DNA of 64,000 nucleotides from contig NW_024704743.1 of NCBI RefSeq assembly GCF_018977255.1, positions 56,112,001 through 56,176,000 of the forward strand, given 5' to 3'. The notes beneath the pieces are model-generated. The model worked only from the letters and a program-made list of their open reading frames with translations. It was not told the DNA's origin and searched no databases. This document shows, piece after piece, positions 14,747 through 28,226 of this stretch; within the stretch, counting starts at the first letter, position 1, and each line of letters begins with the position of its first letter. This stretch comes from Callorhinchus milii. Taxonomy: Eukaryota. Position numbers and translations under genes: made by a program.

Positions 14747-15011
14747 GTACTTCGCTGGCGGTGCGGGAGAGGCGGGCAGGGCAGGGCAGGCAGGGCAGGG
14801 AGGGCAGGGAGGGCAGCCCGTGCTCTCGGCAGCCACTGCCCCGCAGACGAACAGCCACCGAGAGGGCTCCTCTCGTCGTCGCAGCTCATCCCGCGAAGGA
14901 AAAAAAAAAGCTTCGCGAAGCCCAGGCCGACCGGGGGGGGGGGGACACGCGGAGGGAGGACCTGTTAACCATCGGCTGCTCGGGAAAGGCTGAGCCGGGA
15001 ATGCGGAGGAG
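14747..15011 (+). other. DGKB: Probable 5' UTR part of the ATG-containing exon
   Basis: Acceptor-like gtttgctttcatgtttcag| ending at 14746, with branch-like TCACTAA at 14711-14717. Confidence 0.45.
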
Positions 15012-15099
15012 ATGAGCGTGAACGCCACCGCCACTGCCCGGGAGCAGTGGGTCACTCTGAGCCCCGCGGAGTTCTCCCAACTGCAGAAGTACGCGCAGT
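15012..15099 (+). CDS. DGKB: Diacylglycerol kinase beta, first coding exon (MSVNATATAREQWVTLSPAEFSQLQKYAQ + 1 nt)
   Basis: ATG at 15012 with G at -3. Translation matches the type I DGK N-terminus (human DGKB as remembered: KWAHLSPSEFSQLQKYAEY). Canonical donor T|GTAAGT at 15100, phase 1. Lies in a CpG-rich region. Confidence 0.9.
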
Positions 15100-15276
15100 G
15101 TAAGTAACTGACGGTGTGAGCCCAGCGATGCTCTCTCTCCCTCTCCCTCTCCCTCTGTGTGTGTGTGTGTGTGTGAGGTCGGGTCTCCGGGTGTGGGTAC
15201 CCGACCCGGTTTCGCTGTGAGAATCATCCACACTCCTGCGGTGCCGTCCCCGGGAGTGCGGCAGCAGAGAAGGGCG

Positions 15277-15531
15277 CACACACACCCACACCCACACCCA
15301 CCCACCCACACACACTCACCCACACACACACACCCACACCCCCACCCCCACACACACACTCACCCACCCCCACTCACCCACCCCCACTCACCCACACACA
15401 CACACCCACCCACACACACACACCCACCCACACCCCACACCCACACACACAGACCCCCACACCCCCACCCACACACCCACACACACACACCCCCACCCAC
15501 CCACCCCCACCCACACACCCACACACACACA
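15277..15531 (+). repeat. CA-rich low-complexity / imperfect (CA)n-(CACC)n tract at the start of intron 1
   Basis: Direct reading. It explains the His/Pro/Thr-rich ORF 15157-15702. Confidence 0.95.
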
Positions 15532-18500
15532 GTGGGGCCGTTTCCCGGTGTTATCTCATGGCCGTGGCATTGCTGTGAAGGCTGCAGGACGGCTGGACTG
15601 GGCTGGACTGGGCTGAAACAGGACAGTGCAATGTGTCAGCACAGCTTGTGTTGTTGGGGGGAGGGGGGGGAGGGCTGTCTTATCTATTCCTTAAATTCTT
15701 AAAGGCTAATTGCAAAACTCAGTGCTTTTCCTCTGGTATTAACGGTTTATGATTCACTTAATGTACAAACACACTACTTATTTTTTTTCCCATTTGAAAC
15801 TCACCCCTCCCCTCCCTTCCCACCCATAAGCCTTTTTGCCTTTTGGTTTAGTGGTACATGTCCTAATGTCACTTGATTTGGGTATTGACTATCCGGGATC
15901 ACCTGCTTCTTGTTCATGTGGCCGCGGTCTGGCTCCCTTTACCCATCTTTACTTGGCGCCAAGTGATTTGCTCTCTTGGTGCGAGTTTCACTTCTGACAC
16001 CAAGTCTCCACAAATGCTGGGCTGTTGGATCAAGAAGGCCGGACGCTTTTTCTCATTTATTCCCCCAGTGAAACTGTAATAGTTCAGCAACTTGTCAGCC
16101 TCGAACCGAAGAATAGGTTGAATCCAAATTCTGCACAGAGTTAAACGACCCATAGCCTCATGAAAATCCTACCCCAGTTAATAATAGGAGACATCATTTT
16201 ATATGCCGCATTTCATTGGATCTTGGTGTGGGACTTTTATAAATTGTGCCCTTCTTGCTAATATTTAATATTTAATGAGCGAGGCAGTAATATGTATGGT
16301 CAGCTTTTATGTGCCTTTACACCAAAATGTTATATAATGGGTTTAGTAGGGTCATTTTGTGACATGTTAGCATCCGTGTGCATATTTTTAATTTCCTGCT
16401 TAATAGGAGAAATCATGCCCATTTAATGACAAATGAAAGGAGATTAATATTGCTTAAAGGACAATGACTACCTTTAAATCCATTGGGCTGCTTGCAAAGC
16501 CAGTGCTATTTTTAACCTGTGCCTCAACATTTAGTGTGAATGAAAGAGAGAGAGTCTAGAGCACATGTGACATGCCCAAAGGGTACAAGCAAGGGTTTTT
16601 GCCTTTTCAGCTCATTAACTGAGTAAAGCTTTTTGACTGTTTGCTCCATTGGCTAAACAGTAATGAAGTAATGAAATGTTACTTTTAGTAGTATAGTATT
16701 CTCAATAGAGAAGAGGAAAATCAAGTCACTGCTTGCCTAAAAAAAATGACTTCTGCTGGATACATTAACTGACTGCAAATAATTCTTGAGAGGATTGGGC
16801 TAGATATTGGTCCTACTGAGTATTTTGCAGGGCTGTTCCATGATGATATGACAGTATTGTACAAGGGCAGATTACCTGCAGAACAGCAGGTACCAGCTTG
16901 GCATATTGAGATAATGAGATCTCGATTTTAATATTAATAAAAGATGCAGGGTATGTGATTAATTTACCTGAACCTCTCTTTTAATAATAATAATAATCCT
17001 TGCATTTGATATAGCGGTTTTCACGTCTTCCAGACGTCCCAAAGCGCTTCACAGATATGCTAAGCAGTGCTAATGAATCTAGTCTCTTAAATATTCCTAT
17101 TGACACTTGCTGTGTTTAGTCAAATATTCAGGTCCAGAGCTTTATCAGAAATTGCCTGTCATGGAGGATACATTTAGTGCCTAATCACTTTGTCTGCCTC
17201 AAAACACTTCACATGGTTTATTATTATATTATTGATGGTTGTTCGTTGATTGGCTGATCATTTTTCTGGGGATAACAATTCCTTCAAACAAAATAATAAA
17301 TTATTATGCTGTGTGCAATTGGCTGCTGCACAAAATATATACAGTCAATTCACTTTACAGTATAATCTGTGAACTGCTTTGAGAAGTCACGAAGACATGC
17401 GAAGGCGCTATATAAAATGCAAGGATTATTATTAGGATTTACTGTAAAATTTAGTAACTAAAAGTAGCTGAATTCAGCAGCCAATCTGCACACAACACAA
17501 CAATATCTCACAAACTGCCATGAAGTCTATGACCAATTTTATTTGGGAAATTGTAAACTTGTTTTGGTGAATGGCAATCAATAAATGATTTTCCCAGGGG
17601 GAGAAATAAATGCTCAAGTTTTTCATTCTTGTCCACGTGCATTGCAGTCCTGCCAATTCATAGATGATTGGCTGCTCATAGATTAACTTTGAATCTGTGA
17701 TGCTGCAGAGATAACCTTCTTGTCAGTAAGCTGCTTCAAGACACATTTTCAGTGTTGAGTAGTTTATTTGGCACCAGTATCCATCATATTTGATGCTGGC
17801 GATCTGGGAGCGAGTTATGCTGTGACATTTTGTGGATAGAAAGCACAAACCAATGTCAGATTTTACTGACTTTTAACCAGATTGGTCTGCTTTTTGTATC
17901 CATTTATTTCCCCTTCATTCCTCTTCCACCCCACCTGCCATTTTTGGTGCAGAAAAATAAACTGTATATATTTGCGGTTTTATTTTGTGGATTAAAAACA
18001 CTTTTTCATAGTCCTGTAGGGTCCATTTTAAGTGATTACATTTCATCAAGGCAGAATGCAATAACTTAGAATGAGGCTTTGCTGAAATGCAGTCTGTTGT
18101 CTTATTTCACATTGTACAACTGCTGTGCAACAAGAAACCTTCACAGTCAGTCATTTCATTATTCTGAAAATCCTTTAGTGTCATAATTGAATAGATCATT
18201 AGTGATACAAAGGTATTTTTAGTTAATATACGTTGACTTTTTTTGTCTACGCTACCACAAAATAAATTCCTTATCTCTAAGTGTGGTACCAGGTTTTATG
18301 ATTTGCCTCAAAATACACAGCCACTATAAAGGCATCTCAATTAAGTGGTAAGACACTACATCAAAATGAGATTATTATTTAATTAATCTTTGCATTCAAT
18401 ATTTGTAAAATGTAGTGACTATTTTGTGGACTTCATTCTAAACTTCTATTTAGACATGGGGCATTCATTTCCTTTCTGCTTTAGTCTGATTTAAAGTAGC

Positions 18501-19064
18501 TAAGCAATTGCATTAATAATCTTTCATTTGTTGGGTTGCAACAATTCGGAGTACTTCACACAAAACTAAGTGTGTATATTATGGGCAAATACATCAGTCA
18601 ATCTGGGCAGAATCCCTCAAATGGCCAGTAAGTAAGTATTGGTGAGAATACTTAAGAGGAACTTCCGTTTGGAATAAATCCAAACTTTTTATTTAACATC
18701 AACATGATCAGGTGGATGGTCTGAAGAATGGTTCCTGGGTTTACTGTGGCACCTTTTAACCATGGCACTGCCCTGAACAGCACTCAAGTGTCAGCCTAAT
18801 AATAAATCTTGCATTTGATACAGCATCTTATTACATCTCACTTGCTTCACAGAATATACTGTAACGCGTATAGTTACTGCATATACTGTTTATTTTGTGG
18901 GCAAAACACTCAATCCAATTGTGCACTACTATGCTACAGGACTCCACACCAAGCCTAGGTCAAGCTCAAGTCCTGACACGGGGCTACAATTTCCTGACCC
19001 ACAGGCGAGAGTGCCATCAACCGAGCTAATTGGCATCTACCAACTACACACATATAACTCTAAT

Positions 19065-19660
19065 TCAACAACAAAATTACATTTGTTTAGCACCTTTCAC
19101 ATCAGGAGGACGTCCCAAGGTGCTGGACAGTCAGTGTTTTGGCCCCGAACTGGGGGTCGGAATCGGTGTGGGTGGAGGGCAGGGGGGGAAGAAGGGTGAT
19201 CAAAGGCACGGTGAAAGAGGAGGGTCTCGAGGTGGGTTTTGAAGGAGGCAAGTGAGGTGGCGAAGTGGAGGGACTGCGGATGGAGTTCCAGAGGGTGGGG
19301 GCAGAGTGGCTGAAGGCTCGCCCACCAATGACGGGGCAGGCGAGGCCAAGGACATGAAGCAAGCCAGAGACTGCTGAGCGGAGGGAGCAGGCAGAATAAT
19401 AATAATAGTTATAATCCTTGCATTTGATATAGCGCTTTTCACGTCGGGAGGACGTCCCAAAGCGCTTCACAGAACACACTGCAAAGTGAATTGACTGTAT
19501 ATTTGTGGGCGCACGCGGGGATTAGGAGGTCACAGAAGTAGGGTGTAGCAAGGCCATGGAGGACTTTGAAGGTGAGGACCAGGATCTTGAACTGTATCCT
19601 CTGCGTGATGGGAAACCAGTGGAATCTGGTGAGGATGGGGGTGATGGGTTACGGGGACAA
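19065..19660 (-). mobile_element. L2 LINE 3' fragment
   Basis: IGGRAFSHSAPTLWNS motif and tail acctttcacatcaggaggacgtcccaagg..caacaa. Confidence 0.85.
19395..19518 (-). mobile_element. 5'-truncated young SINE nested in an L2
   Basis: Reverse complement of the 3' ~110 nt of the 7080 copy. Confidence 0.88.
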
Positions 19661-22600
19661 TGAGGTCTTGTCGATGAAAACATAATAATGTGTCACATTC
19701 AAATTGGTTTCAATCCAATGTACTGGTAACTGACTAAAGCTCTTACCTTTCTTGCTGTAAAATGAGTGAGTATTTGCAACTAAATATCCATTTTGTATTT
19801 TTCTTATGCCTTAAATATACATTTAGAGTGGAATCAACTTCTGCTGCACTCCTGGGGCATTCTGTTAAAATGTGGTGGGATGTCAAGTAATGGTTATTGG
19901 AGCAGAAAGCTGTGGTTGTGTGTACAATTCTAAAGAATTATTAACTGTTGACTGAATGTATTCAGTTTGCAAGAAGCTCTTGAGCAGCAACTGAGCTGTA
20001 CTTCAAACATATTATTTGAAGAATCAAATACCTCAATAATACCATTGTGAAAGAAGGGTGGCACAATGTAATATAGTAACAGAATAACTCATGATGGAAC
20101 AATTTTTTGCTTTGCACTGTAGCAAGTTCATACTTTGGGTGATGTCTAATTATCACATGGTTTCCTTATCTGTGTTGCTTATGAAATCCCGTGTCCAGTT
20201 TTGGGTGCCACAATTTCAAGAGATACTGATCCATTGGATGGAGATCATCGAAAGCTAGAATTATAATTCTGGAAATGATGGTTGCAAGTTCGGAGTGGCT
20301 CTGAGTTGAATTTTTTTAAAAAAGAAAAACAACTTAGATCTTTGAGATACTAAGAGGCTTTGATGACCTCGATGGTAGTTGGGGATAGTAGCAATATATA
20401 TTGATGATAAATGCTAACCCTTACCTTTCACATTGTGATAAAGTCTCAAAGTGTCCCAGGATATACTATAAAGTATAGTGACTGTAGGTAAACATGGCAG
20501 ACCAAATCTAACACATCTTGGTCATGTATAGTACAGTACATAGTATAAAGATCTATCTACTCTCCAACCTCAAAACAATGTTCTTAGTGTGAAGAGGGAG
20601 ATGAGCAGAATCTCCTTGGAGCTGAGGCAGCTGCTTGACTCAGTTCGAACATTCTATTGCCAATTTTCTGTGGTGGTCTCAGTAGTCCAGTATTTGGCCA
20701 GGCAGGTCCACAATACTCCAGCACTGTGCAGTAACAACCCTGCCAGCCTGGCTCATCAACAGGATTTTCTGAGGCAGTCTGGTCATTAGGAGGAAATATT
20801 CTATCTGCTCAGCTCTTGTTAACCTTAAAAGCTCAAATTGATATCTGGGCAGACAATGGGAAACTTTCCAGACAGTGCTCTCAATGGCAAACTATGAGGT
20901 TTTAGCTGATTAAACTCCAGTAGTACCACAATACACACTCTGGGGGCCCCCAAAGCCTTGTCATATATATCTGTATTCCTCCTAAATATGTAGTTGACCT
21001 GGTTTAATAATGGGATTGAATTTTACTGGATACTGGGATTATAAAAGTGGGATTAAAAACTTTGTGCAATATGATAATGCATGCACCACTTGGATTGGAT
21101 GGTTGATTTGACATCTTAGACTGTCACTTGAATATTTTTTAAAAGTTGAGGAGGTACATCACAGTTAGGCTGTGATGAGTTTCCTCCCTGGGAAAGTCAT
21201 TAAAAGTTTCCGCCCTTGGAAAATCACTCCCTACTGCACCCCCTCCCCCCACTCGGCACGACATTTCTGTTGGTACAAATTGTAAGCTTGTTAAACCAAG
21301 GGCTGTTTCTCAACCTTGGGGCATTCCTTGTTATTCTGAATCTAATAATGTGGCTGAGAGCAGCAGTCACTGTGCTAATTACTGTACCTCGAACATGTTT
21401 GCTGATGCCATGCCATTTGTCTAGTGGTGCTTTGTGTCACTAAGTCAAAGGTAGGTTCAAGCCCCACGCTGGTATTTCAACAACCCAGTCTAGGTTGGTA
21501 CTCCAATGCAGTACTGGGGGTGTTACACTGTCAGTGATGCTGTCCAATGGATACAATATCAGGTCCCCTCTGTCTGTTCAGGTGACGCTAAGGATCCCAT
21601 GGCAAAAGAGAAGGGAGATTCTCACAGAGGTTGAACAATAATTTCCCTTAAAAAATTGTTCAGTTGTTTCATGGCTGTTTCTGGGGCATTGCTATGTGCC
21701 TTTGGGGTATTATTTGCCTCTAAATACAATTAAACTATCTCGACCCTGGCTTAAAGTGCTACTACCACTTAATTCGATATCCAGCTGTATTTATACATAT
21801 GCCTAACTGGATCCTCATCAATGATCTCTTTTCCCTTGGAGTGACAATTATCAGGAGTGTACTGTGGTCACTCCACTTCATGTTAAATCTCGTGAAGCAT
21901 TTTAAGACACCCTCCCAATGTGAAAGATGCTATACCAAATGCAAATATTAGTATTTTTATTTTCTAGTGTGCTTTGTGCACATGTTTTGACCTACAGAGT
22001 GTGGAAAACACTAAGATATTTGAGTCAGTCCCTTAAGAGTTCTCTGAGAGCTGCCACAATTGCCTTTTAGTGAACATGGTGGAGGGGAGAGAAATTGATG
22101 TTGAGGATACCAGATGTAGTTACACTTGGTGAACAACTCCAACCAGGGTATAGATGATACTCTGTGTAAAGAATGTTCTTTTTGTAGGGGAGCCTGGATT
22201 ATCCAAATAGGAGTATGCTCCTCTGGCAAATGGAGGCTTCTCGTGCTGAAGGTCTCTCTTGCCTCCCCTATCCCCAGGGTCATCTGTAGTTTGGAAACCT
22301 TTCTCCCCTTCCACTGGGCTCCAAGGCTTGCGGGCTCTGCTGACCCTCACACCCTGGGTGCACTCCTCATGCATTTTATGTTCCTGGGTTGGTAATGCAA
22401 CCTGACTTGAGCTGCTCTCAAAGTGCACTCCACTGTTTCATCATTCATTTTATTCAATCAGGAAAACAGCTGTGTGAATGTCTCGTTGCACCAGGAAAAG
22501 GTACTTAAGGAAACAGCGAGTTTTTTGCATGCAGCATTATGTAAATTGCACCTGTCCTCCCTCATTCTTTTTTCTTCCTACCCATATAGAATAGAAAAAA

Positions 22601-25389
22601 TGTGCCACGAAAGTTTGAATAACCTATCAATGTTTTGTATATTTAAACTTGTGAGTCGCAATCTCCCTAATTTTTGCAGTTTCTGCCAGTTGCCTTCTCA
22701 TCTGTAATGCTTTGCATGCTACAGTCACCGTTCCTGCTGGAATGCTTGTCTACATCAATTTGATCATATTGCACCGATCAACTTAATGATGAGTCCAAAT
22801 TTTGCTTCTGAGGCCCTTTCCACTATTCTAGCTATGCTATTGTTGCAATCTATAAATGTAAATTGCTTTTACAATAAAAGCTCATTATTATGCTTGCAGT
22901 GCTGCCAATTATTGTAAGATTATGTAACATTTTGGGGAGGGAGAATGGTTTAAAATGAATCATAGATTGAATATTACCAGGGAAGGGCATTGTAAAATGT
23001 ATTGGCTGACTGTTAGCTTTCACAAGTAACGCACTGCTTGTTTGTTTCTATTGGTGCAACATTTGATGTTGTTGCTTTTTGCTCAGTCATTGACCCCAAA
23101 AAATGTTGTGGCTTTTTGCTCAATCATTGGCCCCAAAGGGAAACAGTTGCTGGGCAACATTTCTGGCTTAACCCAGCAAACTCTTTGTGAACGTATATAT
23201 CAGCCCCCATTTTACTCACTAAGTCTTATTAACAGTGTTGAGTGACTGAGCACTGATTACCACTGTGTTCTTATTAAATGAGATGTTTGTTAAAGGAAAT
23301 TAAGACTATCGACAGATCACACAAAGATTAGCAAGAGTTTTGTTTGGGTGCTTTGGCAAATTTTTACAATTTCTTAACTCATGGCTTGATTACTTCACCA
23401 TATTAGATTTCATAAGAAAAGCATTTTTGGGGCAAGCTTACGAAGCATAACTACTTCACTGTAATAACATCATATCTATTATAAAATGTTACACATTTCT
23501 CCCTATTGTAACTAACTGGCACAATTTTAAACTAACTCAAATGCAAAAGGGTAATTTTGTACTAAGATAGGTTCAGTGTATATTGTGCCTAAATAATCCA
23601 ATACTTTACTTTTCCCTCAACGTTTTTGGTAACCTTAGTATATTTTGTCTCCCCATTCAGCTTGGAACACACAATCAAAAGTTAACTGTACAGACGACTT
23701 GGGTGTGAGACAATGTTAAACCCTTGAGTGTGTAACTGCATGGGCAGAACAGTAATGAGCTTTACATTATTGGTCCCAGAGATAAGGATGTACTTGTGGG
23801 AATTGCTGTTTAAAAAGGTAATGGTCTTGAAAACTGCAACTGAACTCAGCTTCCCACACATTGCAGGTTGAACCCTACTCAATTCTGATGACATTCAGGT
23901 CGATTCTCTTTTTGCAACAACTTTGGTAATTTAATGAGACTATTTTTGAATCATTTTACCCACCATCTCAACCCTTTCCATTGCACTGAAACTCCTTACC
24001 TCAATCTTCCCTTCATTTTATAATCCACTGACTTCTAAAATGGTACCTAACCATTAATTCCTAAATGTTACGAATGGTCCTCTTGTTGAGTTTTACACCA
24101 TTTGTGGTGTCCTCTATTATGGGTTTTCCTCTTTTAGCTAGGTTTCTTGATTTTTTTTAAATAAATATATTTTGGGTTGGAGAGATGGGTTTGGAACAAA
24201 CATTCTATAACACATTATTTTCCAGGCTATTTTTCCATGGCTGAGTTCCATTTCAATAGCATTGTTTTGACAGTAGTGACAACTGTAAAATGGTAACCCT
24301 GGCTGATCCTGAATGGCTTGTGGTGTATGGCGGCACAATAACATTCTACATAACTTTTTTCTCAGGCTGCTTCTGTACAGCAATTGTAACAGTTAAAGCA
24401 CCAGGAGCAACAGGATGATACTTTAGAATATTCAGGAATTGTGTGCCATTTCATCCCAAGCCAATTGCTTTTTAATAGCTGTAATTTGTCAGAAAATCTG
24501 AACAAAATTGTTACGGGTGTTGAGTGGGGTTGCTATGCACTAACTTTTTGCTGTAAGATTGCAATAGTCACTAAATCTTGAAATGGATGTGACATTAAAA
24601 TTGAGGGGGAAATCAATTTAATGGGATTAATCTGGATGGATGCAATATCTTCTTTTGAAGTCTGCAATAAGAATTATTGCAATAACGTTTCCGTTATTTT
24701 GCCTGCAGTTGAGTTTATTCAATTTTTGAGTTTAATGTAGCTGCACATAATGTTAGAGGCCAGCCAAGCTCAATTTATTGTAAAAAGTGTGTATAGGCTG
24801 ATCGAATCGCCGCTCCAACGATGGCTTAAATGATTTTTATTAATCGAGTCGTTGAATCACACACAGCAGGAACGGCCCCATGTTCCATCTCCGTACTGTG
24901 CTGAATTTGTTCCCATCCAAGCAGCAACAGGTGTGCTATAATTGATCTCAGTGACAGGAATAAGAATAATGTATCTTTTCAGGACTCCTGCATTTTAAAC
25001 AGTTGGTGTGAATTGAATTCTGTTCAGCATTGGTTGGCCCAAGAATTTTAATGGGACTATTTTAAATGCAATCAACTCTTTTATTATAAACAATTTGTAG
25101 CTCTTTCTATGTGCAGAGCTCTAAAATTTGGTGTTGAATGTGATTTTACCATCTGGTTTGATGTGGATCATTGCATTCCTGCTTCTTGCTGAAGAAAGCA
25201 ACCTCAAGTGGAGCTATATAACAGCATAAATGAGCTAAAAAAGCCAATTGGATGCATTTCTATGGTGAGATATCGAAAGTTGAGAATCAAAAATGGATCT
25301 AATTACTTTCTATTAAGTACTATTGAAGGATCACTGCTATATTAAAAAAAAGTTCCCAAAAGCGCAGTGGATAAGATAATCAAACTGTC

Positions 25390-25698
25390 TTTGCGACATC
25401 TCAAAGTGCTTCACAGAATATGATTGACTGCATATTATGTGGGCGAAACTTGGCAGCCAATTGCGTACAGCAGTGTCCCACAAACTGTCCTGGATTGGAT
25501 GACCACATTTTGTTTTAAGGGATTATTACACCCGGAAAAGTGATCCGCCAATCGACTAACAGGCTGGGTTCCTACTTACTGCTAGGTGAACAGAGGTGTG
25601 GAGTAAGGAAACTCAGCCAACGTTTTGCCTTGCCCTGGAATAGAACCTAGGTCCTCTTGTTGCGAGGTGAGTGCTCTAACCACAAAGCTACAGGATGC
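25390..25698 (-). mobile_element. SINE, long subfamily
   Basis: Collinear with 37400-37771. Confidence 0.8.
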
Positions 25699-27920
25699 TA
25701 GGTTGTATTTTAAGTGTGCATTTTTCTGTGAAATTAATATTCCTTGCATTTGGTAGAGCACTATTCACATCGGGAGGATGGCCCAAAGCACTACACAAGA
25801 TTTACTGAGAAGTGGAGTCACTGTATACTTGTAGGCAAACACTGTAGCTCAGTTGTGCACAGTAATGTCCCACAAACAGCCATGAAACTATTTTTATTTT
25901 AGAGGGTGGTCGGCCAGGACACCATGAGAAACTCACTTCTCTTTCTGAATAATGCCATGGATTCTTTAACATCCACTTGAACTAGACCTCAGTTTAATGT
26001 CTCATCTGAAGTACTGTACTTCTGACAATGCAACACACCGCCAGCACTACATGGAGTGTTAACTTTGACTGTGAGTTCAAGTTCCGCCATTGGCCTTGAA
26101 CCCAACCAACAATTGGTACGGGAGGAATGAGGGCAACGTTCAGTAACGTTTATACCAATGACCCATTCACAGAATCAGTGTTAAACAATAGATTGCTGAA
26201 TATAACACTACAACAACAACAACAACAAGATTCCATTTATAAAGCGCCTTTCACGTCAGGAGGACGTCCCAAGGCGCTGAAAGGAATACAAGATTACACT
26301 GAAGCTAGATATAGATTTAACTTATATCTATAACATGTATTTCTTTGTATTTTGCCTCATTTTCTAATGTGTTTGTAGTTTCAAATTGTTCCTTTGCTTC
26401 AGTTAATAAGTCTTCATAATTTTCACACTTTGTTTTGATTTAGCTGGGTATCTGATGCATATGGAAATCCATCACCATGTATCCAAACTAGGCAGAGTTC
26501 TACCTATTCGTGAAAATATCATTGTGACCTGAATGGAATGTGCAATCTTCCCCCGGAGGGATGCAGCCTGCTTACCTATTTCCAGAATGTATTAGGTGAA
26601 GTTTGGAGTTAACAAAGGCTTTAGAGCACCAGAGTGCATGTGGCAGTAATACTGGAATTCAACCAGCTAAAGTCGAATTGAATACCTTTGTGTATGTTAT
26701 CTGACGAGCTTCCTGCTATTCAGCCTACTTGTTAGAGATTTGGCTTGTGGGGTTAACAAAAAACAATTAGGAAGGATCCCTGCCTCCAATGACCTGCTGA
26801 TGAGCCGGGCTGGCTGTCATAAGCAATGTTCGAGGACTGCGAGTGGAGCCTGCCTGGCTGTGGAGAATGTCACAGTGCATTGACTGACAGTTTTCTGTTG
26901 CCAATGAGCACTCTTTTGGAGCCAGATCATCTACTACTTAACTCCATTTTCTACCTCCAACCTCCAGCCCAGGAGGATGGTCATTAGTTACTCTACTCAT
27001 ATAATGTTTGTATAAACCTAAACTGCAGGTGGAGGGGGAGGAAAGAGGTCATTAATAACAATCCTTGGGCCATACTTGAATTGACCCACTATTAAATGCT
27101 CTATTTAATTCTTACAAGCTTTAAACAACCCAAACCAATTTCTTTCTACTGAACTGCCGCCTAATTTTTCCTATCATGGTTCAATTTTAACTTTATTTAG
27201 TTAATCTCTTAAGGGGAAAGTTCTGCACAATTATCTGAGGTATCAAATATTACTGATCTGCCCTTGTGTTCTAATGAATCCTATTCTCTACAGCTCCATG
27301 CTCCCAGAGGATTCCTGCTGTTATCCTTGATCATCTCAGCACTATTTTGTCATTCATCTTGGAAGTAAGGGCCACTTGTGCCAAATTATGTTCATCTCTG
27401 ACTTGGATTCATAATTTTCTCTGTAATTAACAGCATAGATCATTGGTTGCTGTTTCTGATCAACCACGGACTTGGAACAATATGTAGACAATTCTTACAA
27501 GCAAATAATAAGGCTAGTGATTTGTATTTTTGAGCATTGATATTTCATCTCTGCTGGGATCCAATTCAATTCAGCCAAACTGATGGGTCTTGACTCTTGA
27601 GATTTACAAATGAAAGTTCAGCTAGTCTCGAGACAACTCCCAGTTGATTTTGTAGTTCTATAATAATGAATGGTAAATTCAACACTGATTGACCAACCTT
27701 CAGAATGGATTTGTAACAATATAATTCAATTAATAATGGCTGGAGAGGAAAATGGAAATACAACACAAGTGTAATAGACATTGAGTGCAATCAGTGTAAG
27801 ATCTTATGTTGCTCATCTGAATGAGCAGAAAACCTATAATTTCCATGGTTCACCTGTAGGCCAATTGTAGTGCACCAGAGGGATGTCAATGCGAGTTATT
27901 TATATGCTTACATCATTATT

Positions 27921-28226
27921 GTCCTGTAGCTCAGTGGTTAGAGCACTCGCTTTGCAAGCGAGAGATCCAAGTTCAATTCCAGGCAGGGCGAAACCTTGGG
28001 CAAGTTTTTTACTCCACACGCCTAATAATAATCCCTCCAAAAATAATAATAAAAATTGGTCATTTTCAATCTACGACTGTTTGTGGGACATTGCTGTGCG
28101 CAATTGGCTGCCGCGTTCGCCTGAAAATATACAGTCAATTCACTTTACAGTGTATTCTGTGAAGCGCTTTGGGACGTCCTCCCGACGTGAAAAGCGCTAT
28201 ATCAAATGCAAGGATTATTATTATTG
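27921..28226 (+). mobile_element. Young SINE, near-identical to 7080-7410
   Basis: Same head, core and tail. Possible TSD ATTATTG (27915-27921 / 28220-28226). Confidence 0.92.

Larger units (their letters stand above)
14500..15620 (+). promoter_or_regulatory. CpG-island-like, GC-rich region around the DGKB first coding exon
   Basis: Sharp rise in GC and intact CpG dinucleotides relative to the AT-rich, CpG-poor flanks. Contains (GGGCA)n and G-runs. Confidence 0.7.

Noticed and set aside
14518..15702. Long overlapping ORFs (165, 139, 157 and 181 aa) in the GC-rich region
   Set aside because: Products of high GC and microsatellites (low-complexity peptides). The real exon is in a frame the ORF track does not list.
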